A stretch of DNA of 64,000 bases from an uncultured Bacteroidota bacterium (GTDB lineage Bacteria; Bacteroidota; Rhodothermia; Balneolales; HLUCCA01), in contig CAMTWZ010000007.1 of NCBI GenBank assembly GCA_947085565.1, positions 18,260 through 82,259 of the forward strand, in the 5' to 3' direction. The position numbers and the translations under genes were made by a program. Numbering within the stretch: position 1 is the first letter of the stretch; every line of letters begins with the position of its first letter. The notes beneath the pieces were generated by a model. The model saw only the letters and a program-made list of their open reading frames with translations. It did not search any database and was not told the DNA's origin. Below, in pieces: positions 6,069 through 15,172 of this stretch.

Positions 6069-8435
6069 ATGAAACTTGTTTTCCGCTACGTTGTCTTTTT
6101 TGTGATCCTCCTGCTGGGAGTGGTGTCGTTGGCTTATTATTGGACGATTGTCCGCCCGCAGGCAGATTATGAAGCCACCGTGAGCCTGGACGGACTCAAA
6201 TCTCCCGTCACCATCCATTGGGATGAGTACGGTGTGCCTCACATCTTCGCCACCAACGAAGAAGACCTGTATTTCGCCGTCGGTTATGCGCATGCCCAAG
6301 ACCGGCTGTGGCAGCTCACGCTTCAGCAACTGGTGTTGGAGGGCCGATTCGCCGAATTTCTGGGCGAAGACGCGCTGCCCATCGACCGCTTCAGCCGAAC
6401 GATGGGATTCATGCGCATTGCCAAGGCCATCGAGGCCGAAACCTCTCCTGAGCAGATGAAATTGTATACTGCGTACAGCCGGGGCGTGAACCAGTACATC
6501 GCCAAGGTCGGAAATCATCTGCCCATCGAATACTCGCTCACCGGAATCAAGCCCTGGGAATGGACGCCGGCCCACAGCATCGGCGTGACACGCCTCATGG
6601 GATGGGAACTGAATGTGGGATGGTGGAGCAAAGTGATGCTCGGCTTCCTTCAGGACAAACTACCCGCCGAACAGTGGAACGCTCTGATTCCGCAATGGCC
6701 GGGCGACGGGCCCACCAGTCAGGACAGCACGCTCATGCCGTTTCTTAACGGACAGCTTTCCATGCGCGAAGTGATGAACCGAAAAGGAACCGGCGTGGGA
6801 AGCAACGCATGGGTCATCGACGGCACGAAATCGGAAACCGGATATCCGATGTTGGCCGGCGATCCGCATCTGGGACTGGATATGCCCGGCTTCTGGTACG
6901 AAGTGCATCTGAATCTGAACGGGAAGAACGTATCGGGCGCCACCATCGCCGGCGCGCCGTACGTGATCCTGGGTCAGAACGACCATCTGGCGTGGAGCTT
7001 CACCTCACTGATGGCCGACAACACCGATTTCTTCCGCATCCGCGTGAATCCTGACGACCGCAGCCAATATCTCACCACCGAAGCCAAGCCGTTCACCTAT
7101 GTGCGCGAGCTGATCAAAACCAAAGAAGGTCGCGTGGATGCCTTGGAAGTCCGGGTCACGGAATTCGGACCGGTGATCAACGACATCTATCCGAACAAAG
7201 CTTTGGTGGAAGGCGAGCCGATCACGTTGAGATGGTCGGGGCAGGATATCTCCCACGAAGGGGAAACCTTGTACCGAATCAACTGGTCGGAAAGCTTCCA
7301 GCAGTTTCAGGACGCGCTGCCCAGTTTCGGAGTCGTGGGTTTGAACATGATCTATGGCGACAGAACCGGCAACATCGGCCTGTTCACCATCGGAAACATC
7401 CCGATCCGCCGCGATCCGCTCCGGATGCGCAATTCCTGGGATCTGGAAGACGCGTGGAAAGGGTTCATCCCTTATGCCGAATTGCCGAAGATCATCAATC
7501 CGAAATCGGGATTCATCAGCAATGCGAACAATCCGCCGATGAAGAATTATCCGTATTACCTCACGGCGTTTTGGGAGCCGGAATCGCGCCAGCAGCGGAT
7601 TCTGGAAGTCCTTGGTGAGCGCAAGCGGTTTTCCTTGGATGATTTCCAGAACCTTCAGAACGATGTGCTGAGCGTGAGCGCCCGCGAACTCACCCCGATG
7701 ATACTACCCGCTCTTCAAGCCTCCGAAGACAGCCTCATTCTGACCGCCATCCCCTACCTGATCAACTGGGATTACAAAGTGGTGACCAGTTCCACCGCGG
7801 CGACCCTCTTCGACTCCTTTTTCCTGAATCTCACCCGTAACACTTTCCTTCCGAAACTGGGATCGGACGCATACGACAACTTCATCCGCTTAGAGAACAT
7901 GCCCTCCAGGCTGATGTCGGCCATGATCAAACGCGGCGAAATTCCCGATTCGGTCATCATCGCGAGCATGATGGAAACCGTGAGCATGCTGGAGGCGCGC
8001 TTTGGAAAAGAGACGGCCGATTGGCGATGGGAGAACCTGCATACAATCACGCTGGATCCGCCGGTGTTCCGCGAAGCTGCCCAGGCACCCGGTGCGCCGC
8101 GTGTATTGGGACTCATTCTGAACAATGTGTTGAGCAAGGGGCCGTATCCCGTTCCCGGCCATTCCCGCACCGTGAACAACGGTCAATATGACTGGCACAA
8201 CCCATTCGAAATGACCTTGGGGGCGAGCATTCGGCGCATCGTGGATCTGGGAGACCTGAGCGCGTCAAGAAGCGTGTTGCCTACGGGACAATCGGGAAAT
8301 CCGTTGGCGGATCATTTCGGAGATCAAACCGAATTGTGGATCTCAGGCAAATACCGCATTTTTCAGCATCATCAGAACATCGCGGAAAACCAGAACGTCC
8401 GCACCATGACCTTACAACCAGCCACCACGAAATGA
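6069..8435 (+). CDS. Penicillin acylase-family Ntn hydrolase (penicillin amidase / acyl-homoserine-lactone acylase type)
   Basis: Track ORF 5991..8435 trimmed to MKLVFRYVVFFVILLLG (TM/signal) at 6069. The GSNAWVIDG motif is the autoproteolytic Ser that starts the beta subunit. Length and pattern are typical of the family. Confidence 0.85.
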   Translation: MKLVFRYVVFFVILLLGVVSLAYYWTIVRPQADYEATVSLDGLKSPVTIHWDEYGVPHIFATNEEDLYFAVGYAHAQDRLWQLTLQQLVLEGRFAEFLGEDALPIDRFSRTMGFMRIAKAIEAETSPEQMKLYTAYSRGVNQYIAKVGNHLPIEYSLTGIKPWEWTPAHSIGVTRLMGWELNVGWWSKVMLGFLQDKLPAEQWNALIPQWPGDGPTSQDSTLMPFLNGQLSMREVMNRKGTGVGSNAWVIDGTKSETGYPMLAGDPHLGLDMPGFWYEVHLNLNGKNVSGATIAGAPYVILGQNDHLAWSFTSLMADNTDFFRIRVNPDDRSQYLTTEAKPFTYVRELIKTKEGRVDALEVRVTEFGPVINDIYPNKALVEGEPITLRWSGQDISHEGETLYRINWSESFQQFQDALPSFGVVGLNMIYGDRTGNIGLFTIGNIPIRRDPLRMRNSWDLEDAWKGFIPYAELPKIINPKSGFISNANNPPMKNYPYYLTAFWEPESRQQRILEVLGERKRFSLDDFQNLQNDVLSVSARELTPMILPALQASEDSLILTAIPYLINWDYKVVTSSTAATLFDSFFLNLTRNTFLPKLGSDAYDNFIRLENMPSRLMSAMIKRGEIPDSVIIASMMETVSMLEARFGKETADWRWENLHTITLDPPVFREAAQAPGAPRVLGLILNNVLSKGPYPVPGHSRTVNNGQYDWHNPFEMTLGASIRRIVDLGDLSASRSVLPTGQSGNPLADHFGDQTELWISGKYRIFQHHQNIAENQNVRTMTLQPATTK

Positions 8436-9319
8436 AAATTTTGCTTGGGATCGATGCTGGCGGCTCTAAATCCACCTTGATCGCCGTCGATACGCATTTG
8501 AAAGAACTATACCGCGACAGCGGCCCATCCATCCATGCCCGAATGATGCCCCTTGACGACCAGGTCGCCGGGGTGACGCGTCTGGTCGAAACCATGCGCA
8601 TTTCCCATCCGGATTGGGACATCGACGGACTTTGCCTGGGCGTTGCCGGCGGCGGGCGCAAGTTCGAGCAGGAACGGCTCACCGATTCACTCAGCGCCAT
8701 CTATCCGGATTGGAACATTCTGGTGACGTCAGACGCGCACATCGCCCACGCCGATGCCTTCGAGAACGGCGACGGTATCCTGGTGATCACCGGAACCGGA
8801 AGCATGGTTCTGGGTCGGGCTGGAACCCGTTGGGAGCGAGCCGGCGGATATGGATTCATCATCGGCGACCCTGCCGGCGGGTACCGCTTGGGTCAGGAAG
8901 CGCTCTTTGCGATGTGTACCGCCTTCGACGGCGGCGAATCGACCCTGCTCACAAGTCTGCTCGCGGAAGAATTCGACATCCGATCGCGCGACATGCTCAT
9001 CCAGAAAGTGTACGACAACGAACTGCTTCCTGCGAAACTCGCACCCTTGGTGTTGGATGCGGCCGACCACATGGATCCGGTGAGCTTGAGAATCCTGACT
9101 GAGAACACAGGACGTGTCGCCAATCAAATAAGCCTATGCGCGAACGCGTTGGGATTGAAGAGCACCCCGGTCTCCGTGATCGGTGGCTTGTTCAACAACG
9201 CCGTCTTCAAATATCATCTGATGGAGGCCGTGAACTCGAAAGTGGACGAGGTCTCATGGGCGGAGAAGAAAGCGGATCCCGCTTTGGGTGCCTGCCGCAT
9301 GATCTTGCACACCTCGTAA
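8432..9319 (+). CDS. BadF/BadG/BcrA/BcrD-type ATPase, N-acetylglucosamine(-like) kinase
   Basis: Trimmed to MKILLGIDAGGSKSTLIAV, which carries the ASKHA phosphate-1 motif, at 8432. ATGA overlap with the acylase stop. A second motif is LVITGTGS. Confidence 0.75.
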   Translation: MKILLGIDAGGSKSTLIAVDTHLKELYRDSGPSIHARMMPLDDQVAGVTRLVETMRISHPDWDIDGLCLGVAGGGRKFEQERLTDSLSAIYPDWNILVTSDAHIAHADAFENGDGILVITGTGSMVLGRAGTRWERAGGYGFIIGDPAGGYRLGQEALFAMCTAFDGGESTLLTSLLAEEFDIRSRDMLIQKVYDNELLPAKLAPLVLDAADHMDPVSLRILTENTGRVANQISLCANALGLKSTPVSVIGGLFNNAVFKYHLMEAVNSKVDEVSWAEKKADPALGACRMILHTS

Positions 9320-9339
9320 GCATCCCTTATTCCTATTTC

Positions 9340-12186
9340 ATGAAAAGATTTCCCATCGCCATTCTCATCGGCCTGTTTTCGTGCTCATCGGCCAGCACCG
9401 TGACGCTTCATGCGCCACCGGCGGAAACCCAAACCGATATCGACGCCCTTCTCGCCTCGCTCACCGTTCGCCAGAAAATAGCCCAAATGATGCATGTCTG
9501 GGCCTATGGAGAGTTCCAAGCCGACGAATCGGACCGCTTCAAACGCGTGGAACGCCTCGTCGTGGAAGATCAGATCGGCGGGTTCATCTTCTCGCGCGGA
9601 AACATCTACGACCAGGCCATCCTCACCAACAAACTGCAGACCTTGAGCCGCATTCCGCTTTGGATTTCGCAGGATATGGAGTTCGGCGCAGCCATGCGAA
9701 TCAACGGAACCACGCGTTTCGCCCCGGCCATGGCGCTCGCCGCCACGCGCGATCCAAAGCTTGATTACATGAAAGGGTATGTCACCGCCATGGAAGCGAA
9801 AGCCGTGGGTGTGCATCAGATTTTCGCTCCCGTCGTGGATGTGAACAACAACCCAGCCAACCCCGTGATCAACACCCGCAGTTATTCCGAAAACCCGGAA
9901 TTGGTCTCCCAATTCGGCGTGGAATTCATCCGAGGCGTGAAAGCGGCTGGACTCGTCTCCACCGCCAAGCATTTTCCGGGGCATGGCGACACCGCCACCG
10001 ACTCTCACATCGGGCTTCCTGTGATCAATCACGACTGGGCACGCTTGAGCAGCCTTGAATTGGTTCCCTTCCGCGCCGTGATCGATGCCGGTGTGGAAAG
10101 CGTGATGAGCGCACATATCTCTTTCCCGAAACTGGGAAGCGAACCCGGTCTGCCCGGAACCCTTGATCCGAAAATCCTGACCGGGCTGCTTCGAGACTCC
10201 CTCGGTTTCACCGGCTTGGTGACCACCGACGCCTTGGAGATGGAAGGTATTTCCGAGCACTACTCTCCTGGCGACGCCCTCATCCGCGCCATCCTCGCCG
10301 GCGCCGACATGCTCCTTATTCCTCCCGATGTGGCCACCAGTTTGGATGCGGCCGTTCTGGCGGTCGAGCGCGGACAGATTCCGATCGAACGCATCGACGC
10401 TTCCGTGCGTCGCATCCTTGAATGGAAAGCGAAAATGGGGCTTTTCACTCAGAACCAGGTGGACATCAACGCCCTTAGCCGGCTCGTTGCCCGCCCCGAG
10501 TACCAGCGCGCGGCCGATGAAGTCGCGAAACGGTCGATCACCGTCATCCGCAACCAGAATCAGATCATTCCGATCAAATCAGAACGTTTTCGCCGTATCA
10601 CGGCCATCTCCATGGCGGACGACCGCACCGGAAGCACCGGTTCCGGTTTCGCCACCGCTCTGCGCAGATATCATGGCGACGTGCGGTTCTGGTACCACGA
10701 CCAACGCAGCAAACCCGAAGATGTCGACGCGATTGTGAACGCGGCTTCCAGCGCGGATCTCATCGTTGTGGGATCGTTCGTGTTCCTGCAGACCTCCTCC
10801 GGCAAGATTTCTCTCACCAATGCGCAAAACCGTTTCCTGAAACGGCTCAAATCCACCGGCAAGCCGATCGTGCTGATCTCCTTCGGCAATCCGTACATCG
10901 TGATCGACCTTCCTGACGCCGATGTCCATCTTCTGGCTTGGGCGAACACCCAATCGCAGATCGAGGCCGCCACCAACGCGATGTTCGGCGCCACCACGAT
11001 CGACGGCAAACTGCCCATTTCCATCCCAGGTACCGTTTACAAATTCGGTGACGGCCTCACGATTCCGAAAATCCTCGTGCGTCCCGGCGCGCCCGAAGGC
11101 GTTGGATTATCGAGTGCGGCGCTCGACCGCATCCAAGGCATCATGGATACCGCCATCCGCGATTCCATCTTTCCGGGCGGCACGGTTACCGTCATCAAAG
11201 ACGGAGTGATCGCCTTCGAACGCGGATTCGGATACCATGATTACACCAAAACCAAGCGTGTTCACGCCAACGACATCTTCGATCTCGCATCGGTCAGCAA
11301 AGTGATGGGAACGACCCTCGCGGCCATGAAACTCGTGGACGAAGGCAAGCTCAGCCTCGAAGATCCTATCTCGAAATACATTCCCGAGTATGCTTCCGGA
11401 CCCAAAGCCTCCATCCGCATCCGCCATTTCCTATCCCATACCTCCGGCTTGCCGCCTTTCCGTGTGTATGTGGATTCATTGAAAACCCGGACTGCCATCC
11501 TGGCTGCCATCCGCAAAGAACCCCTCGTGAATGCGCCCGGCGAACGGTATGTTTACAGCGATCTGGGAATGATCCTGTTGGGAAGCATCATCGAGCAGAT
11601 CACCGGAATGGGTCAGGAAGCCTATCTGGCGCGCACATTTTACACGCCGATGGGGATGACATCCACGATGTATAACCCGCTCAAACGCAATCAGCAGCTG
11701 CTGAATCGCATTCTTCCCACCGAGCACGACACCATCTACCGCAAGATGTGGGTGCACGGCGTGGTTCACGACGAACGCGCCTATTACATGGACGGCGTGG
11801 CGGGACATGCCGGACTCTTCTCCACCGGCCGGGATGTGGCCTTCTTCGCACAACTGATGCTCGATAAAGGCATGTTCGGAGGCGTGCGGTATCTGAAAGC
11901 GGAAACCGTGGAACTGTTCACGGCGAAAACCTCCGCATCTGGCAGCCGCGCCATCGGATTCGACATGAAATCACCCACCGGATTCAGCTCCGCCGGAACG
12001 TTGGCGGGTCCACGCACATACGGACACACCGGCTTCACTGGAACCAGCATCTGGATCGATCCGGACAAGAACTTGGCCGTGATCGTACTCACCAACCGCA
12101 CCTATCCTTACCGGAAAACCAGCACGGGCGTGAATTCCGTAAGAGCGTCAGTGGGCGACCAAGTCTATCGCAGCCTTCTCCCATGA
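9340..12186 (+). CDS. Fusion protein: N-terminal GH3 beta-N-acetylhexosaminidase (NagZ-like) + C-terminal serine beta-lactamase/PBP4*-fold hydrolase
   Basis: Trimmed to MKRFPIAILIGLFSCSSAS (lipoprotein-like signal) at 9340. The GH3 motif is KHFPGHGDT. The C-terminal half carries SxxK (ASVSKVMG), YSD(L) and HTGFTG (KTG-like) motifs of class C/AmpH-type serine hydrolases. Confidence 0.85.
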   Translation: MKRFPIAILIGLFSCSSASTVTLHAPPAETQTDIDALLASLTVRQKIAQMMHVWAYGEFQADESDRFKRVERLVVEDQIGGFIFSRGNIYDQAILTNKLQTLSRIPLWISQDMEFGAAMRINGTTRFAPAMALAATRDPKLDYMKGYVTAMEAKAVGVHQIFAPVVDVNNNPANPVINTRSYSENPELVSQFGVEFIRGVKAAGLVSTAKHFPGHGDTATDSHIGLPVINHDWARLSSLELVPFRAVIDAGVESVMSAHISFPKLGSEPGLPGTLDPKILTGLLRDSLGFTGLVTTDALEMEGISEHYSPGDALIRAILAGADMLLIPPDVATSLDAAVLAVERGQIPIERIDASVRRILEWKAKMGLFTQNQVDINALSRLVARPEYQRAADEVAKRSITVIRNQNQIIPIKSERFRRITAISMADDRTGSTGSGFATALRRYHGDVRFWYHDQRSKPEDVDAIVNAASSADLIVVGSFVFLQTSSGKISLTNAQNRFLKRLKSTGKPIVLISFGNPYIVIDLPDADVHLLAWANTQSQIEAATNAMFGATTIDGKLPISIPGTVYKFGDGLTIPKILVRPGAPEGVGLSSAALDRIQGIMDTAIRDSIFPGGTVTVIKDGVIAFERGFGYHDYTKTKRVHANDIFDLASVSKVMGTTLAAMKLVDEGKLSLEDPISKYIPEYASGPKASIRIRHFLSHTSGLPPFRVYVDSLKTRTAILAAIRKEPLVNAPGERYVYSDLGMILLGSIIEQITGMGQEAYLARTFYTPMGMTSTMYNPLKRNQQLLNRILPTEHDTIYRKMWVHGVVHDERAYYMDGVAGHAGLFSTGRDVAFFAQLMLDKGMFGGVRYLKAETVELFTAKTSASGSRAIGFDMKSPTGFSSAGTLAGPRTYGHTGFTGTSIWIDPDKNLAVIVLTNRTYPYRKTSTGVNSVRASVGDQVYRSLLP

Positions 12187-12869
12187 GCATGTGGACCACC
12201 CTCCGCGAGCGATGCCATGTGCCGTATTCCGGAGTTCCGGAAGTGTGCATCGCCGTGGGTGGAGATGGAAAGTGGTATCCGGGAGTGCGGGTCGAGAACG
12301 CATCCTTTCCGCTCACCATCAGCGCCTATCAGTCGGCGGTGTTCGGATGCCTCTCTGAAGGAGTGGAACCCGTCGCCTTGCTGATTCCATCCGGAGTGTC
12401 GATGGATGCGGCCTATGCGTTCGGATATCCCGTTCAGACGGTCGAAGCCCCCAAAGGCCGCTTCGCCGACGTCCTGATCGATATCGTGAATGTCGACGCA
12501 CAATTCCAACGCCTGCGCAATCTTGCCGTGGTTCCGAACAGTCAGTTTCCGGTCGTGGCCCTAGTGCGCACCGAACAGGGCTGGATCAGCGGCGTGAACA
12601 TCGAAACCGCCGATTGGCAGCAAGGACTCTGCGCCGAACGCGTGGCCCTTTCGAAAAGTCTGGCACATGGCTTAGGAATGCCTTTGGAATGGCGGATTAC
12701 CGCGTTCAAAGGGGAATTCATCAGTCCGTGCGGAGCTTGCCGCCAAGTTCTGGCCGAGCACAACAGCGAGGCGGAAGTCTGGATGCATCACCCCGACCAC
12801 AGCCTATCGCGACATACCGTAGCTCAATTCCTTCCCCTTTCCTTCACTGGCGAATTCTTACGCAAATGA
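12183..12869 (+). CDS. cdd: Cytidine deaminase, two-domain form (degenerate N-domain + catalytic C-domain)
   Basis: 228 aa. The C-terminal half has CAERVA and SPCGACRQVLAEH, the zinc ligands and catalytic Glu. The N-terminal half has the CDA fold signature (VPYSG…VRVENASF) but SAYQ in place of CAER. ATGA overlap with the upstream gene. Confidence 0.8.
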   Translation: MSMWTTLRERCHVPYSGVPEVCIAVGGDGKWYPGVRVENASFPLTISAYQSAVFGCLSEGVEPVALLIPSGVSMDAAYAFGYPVQTVEAPKGRFADVLIDIVNVDAQFQRLRNLAVVPNSQFPVVALVRTEQGWISGVNIETADWQQGLCAERVALSKSLAHGLGMPLEWRITAFKGEFISPCGACRQVLAEHNSEAEVWMHHPDHSLSRHTVAQFLPLSFTGEFLRK

Positions 12870-13501
12870 CCCTGCTCCTCGTCCTCGACGACGCCCACAT
12901 GGGCAATGCCCTTTTCATGAAGGCGTTCGGACAGTCGATCAAAACTGTGAAAACGTCACGGATCGTGATCCTTCACGCCTCCGACCGTCATACCGAATCG
13001 CTGATGCAGACAGGAATGTTCCGTGCCGATGCCGCGGTCAGAGCCGCCCGTGAAACCAATCGGAAACTGGTGACCTGGCTGGCCGATTACGGACTCTCGT
13101 GCATTGGAATGCATGGAGACCAACGCAGACTCTTCACACGTAGAAAAGATCGTTTGGATGTGGACCGATCCAAGCTCGAATCCTATGCGCCAGAAAGCGT
13201 TTGGTTGGTCTCGACCCTGACTTGCGACGAAAACGGGCGAATTCTCAGTGAAAATCTTTCCGAGATGGCCAGATTTCTCGAAATCCATCTCCCTGTCGAC
13301 GAAGTCGTCCTTTTCAGCGCCACTCAGGCCGATCCCATCATCAAGCCAGATGACTCGGCACATCTGGAATGGGCGCAACGGATTGATTTTATTGACCAGA
13401 TTCCTTTGGAGTTCAGAGATTACAACCATCCCGTAGTGCTGGGTGGAACCACCGCTCTTGCCCTTCTGGAGCAGGGAAAACCGGTCTTGAGAATCCGCTG
13501 A
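12866..13501 (+). CDS. Hypothetical protein (211 aa), last gene of the plus-strand operon
   Basis: Track ORF 12614..13501 trimmed to MTLLLVLDD at 12866 (ATGA overlap with the cdd stop). I see no catalytic motif I can name. The alternating beta/alpha pattern is weakly reminiscent of an amino-acid-kinase-like fold, but the glycine-rich motifs are absent. Confidence 0.5.
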   Translation: MTLLLVLDDAHMGNALFMKAFGQSIKTVKTSRIVILHASDRHTESLMQTGMFRADAAVRAARETNRKLVTWLADYGLSCIGMHGDQRRLFTRRKDRLDVDRSKLESYAPESVWLVSTLTCDENGRILSENLSEMARFLEIHLPVDEVVLFSATQADPIIKPDDSAHLEWAQRIDFIDQIPLEFRDYNHPVVLGGTTALALLEQGKPVLRIR

Positions 13502-13639
13502 ACGCAAATATTTGGCTTTTTTCATTAGAATTTGAGCGTTTCGTATTGACTGATGGCCTTCTTATAGGTAGCTTCAACGAAACTGAGAGCTTAGCTCCAG
13601 TAAATCTCTTTCTAACTCAACCTAAATCTGGAGTGAATC

Positions 13640-13813
13640 ATGAGTCGTTTTTCCGAAATCAAAGCACTGGTCGACCAACTAGACGGTGATCTGGACAAGT
13701 TCTATAACAAGGCGAACAAAACCGCAGGAACCCGCGCCCGCAAAGCCCTTCAAGACCTGAAAAAAATCGCACAAGAAGTGCGCTTGGACATCCAGAACCG
13801 CAAAAACGGATAA
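13640..13813 (+). CDS. Small basic 'histone H1'-type (Hc1-like) DNA-binding protein, 57 aa
   Basis: Not in the ORF track (<60 aa). ATG at 13640, TAA at 13811-13813. Translation: MSRFSEIKALVDQLDGDLDKFYNKANKTAGTRARKALQDLKKIAQEVRLDIQNRKNG. The NK(A/T)AGTRARKA core matches my recollection of the short 'histone H1' proteins annotated in Bacteroidota. A strong terminator follows. Confidence 0.75.
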   Translation: MSRFSEIKALVDQLDGDLDKFYNKANKTAGTRARKALQDLKKIAQEVRLDIQNRKNG

Positions 13814-13851
13814 TCTGATTTCTGACAAGTCTTTGTCTTGCTAATAAAAAA

Positions 13852-13878
13852 AGTCCGCCCACAATGGCGGACTTTTTT
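13852..13878 (+). terminator. Rho-independent terminator
   Basis: The agtccgcc / ggcggact stem has a 5-nt loop (13852-13872) and is followed by tttttt (13873-13878). An A-run precedes it. Confidence 0.85.
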
Positions 13879-13898
13879 GTTTAACCCATTCTCACAGA

Positions 13899-15137
13899 GT
13901 GCCAGCCACTTCCTACAAAGTATTCACCGACCCCATCCACGGGTTCGTGCAGGTTCCCAAAGGCCTGATCTTGCGCCTGGTCGACCATCCCTATGTTCAA
14001 CGCTTACGGCGCATCCGCCAGCTCGGGCTTGGTTATCTCGTCTTTCCCGGTAGCGAACACTCCCGTTTTTCGCATGCTTTGGGTGCCTTAGGCCTGATGC
14101 AGCGCACGTTGGCCAGCCTTAAAGAGAAGAACACCACAATATCCAACGATGAGATGGAAGGTGCCATGGCCGCCATCCTTCTGCATGACATCGGTCACGG
14201 ACCCTTTTCCCATACACTCGAAAACACCTTCATCACCGATTTCCATCATGAGCAGATGACCTTGGCGCTCATGAAGAAACTCAATGAGGAATTCAACGGC
14301 GCGCTCAGCACGGCCATCGACATTTTCACGGGCCAGCATCCCAAACCCTTCCTTCATCAGCTCATCTCCTCCCAACTCGATATCGACCGCTTGGATTACA
14401 TCAAGCGCGACAGCATGTTCACCGGCGTGCTTGAGGGCGGAATCGGCATCGAACGCATCATCAAGACGATGAGGGTTCGCAAAGGCCAGATGGTGATCGA
14501 ACGCAAAGGCATCTACGCCATCGAAAACTACATTACCGCACGCCGGTTGATGTACATGCAAGTCTATCAGCATAAGACCGTTCTGAGTGCGGATAAACTG
14601 CTGAGAGCCATCCTGTTGCGCGTGGCGGATCTGATCAAGGCCGGAAAGAGTCCGTTCATCCCCTCACCCGCGCTGGATTGGTTCCTGAAAAACACCCCAT
14701 CCGGCAAGAAAGGACTCAGCGACCAAGTGATCAGCACCTATCAGATGCTCGATGACAATGATATTCTAATGGGAATCAAATATTGGTGCCATGAGAAAGA
14801 TCGGATTTTGTCTGACTTATGCCGCCGTTTTCTGGAGCGTCGTTTCTTCCGCACCACCTTCCTGAAACAGCCGATGAGCGAAACCCAGTGGGAGCAACTG
14901 CAAGCCGAAACACAAGCCATCACCGGTGGAAAATCTTCGATAATCGGCTACTATCTGTTCCATGACAACCTTTACAACGAAGCCTACCGCTATGAGAACG
15001 ACAGCATCTGGGTGCTGGATGAACCCGATACGGTCGTCGAGTTTTCCAAAGCGGCGGATACGAAAAGCATCCAGGCCCTCACCCAACCCGTGGTGAAGCC
15101 CTATATCGTCCATCTCAAGGAAGTGAAGGTTTTTTAA
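13899..15137 (+). CDS. HD-domain phosphohydrolase (dGTPase/SAMHD1-like dNTP triphosphohydrolase family)
   Basis: 412 aa. Motifs: DPIHG, HSRFSHALG, LLHDIGHGPFSH and DRLDYIKRD. Confidence 0.85.
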   Translation: MPATSYKVFTDPIHGFVQVPKGLILRLVDHPYVQRLRRIRQLGLGYLVFPGSEHSRFSHALGALGLMQRTLASLKEKNTTISNDEMEGAMAAILLHDIGHGPFSHTLENTFITDFHHEQMTLALMKKLNEEFNGALSTAIDIFTGQHPKPFLHQLISSQLDIDRLDYIKRDSMFTGVLEGGIGIERIIKTMRVRKGQMVIERKGIYAIENYITARRLMYMQVYQHKTVLSADKLLRAILLRVADLIKAGKSPFIPSPALDWFLKNTPSGKKGLSDQVISTYQMLDDNDILMGIKYWCHEKDRILSDLCRRFLERRFFRTTFLKQPMSETQWEQLQAETQAITGGKSSIIGYYLFHDNLYNEAYRYENDSIWVLDEPDTVVEFSKAADTKSIQALTQPVVKPYIVHLKEVKVF

Positions 15138-15172
15138 CGGTAGAAGCGGTTGTAAACCGATACCTTCAACCC

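Noticed and set aside
13899-15137. HD-domain dNTPase-like protein as an anti-phage dNTP-depletion defence gene
   Set aside because: It has no defence-island context: its neighbours are a nucleoid protein and envelope genes. The protein looks like the broadly conserved housekeeping HD phosphohydrolase of this lineage. The claim would need phylogeny to support it.
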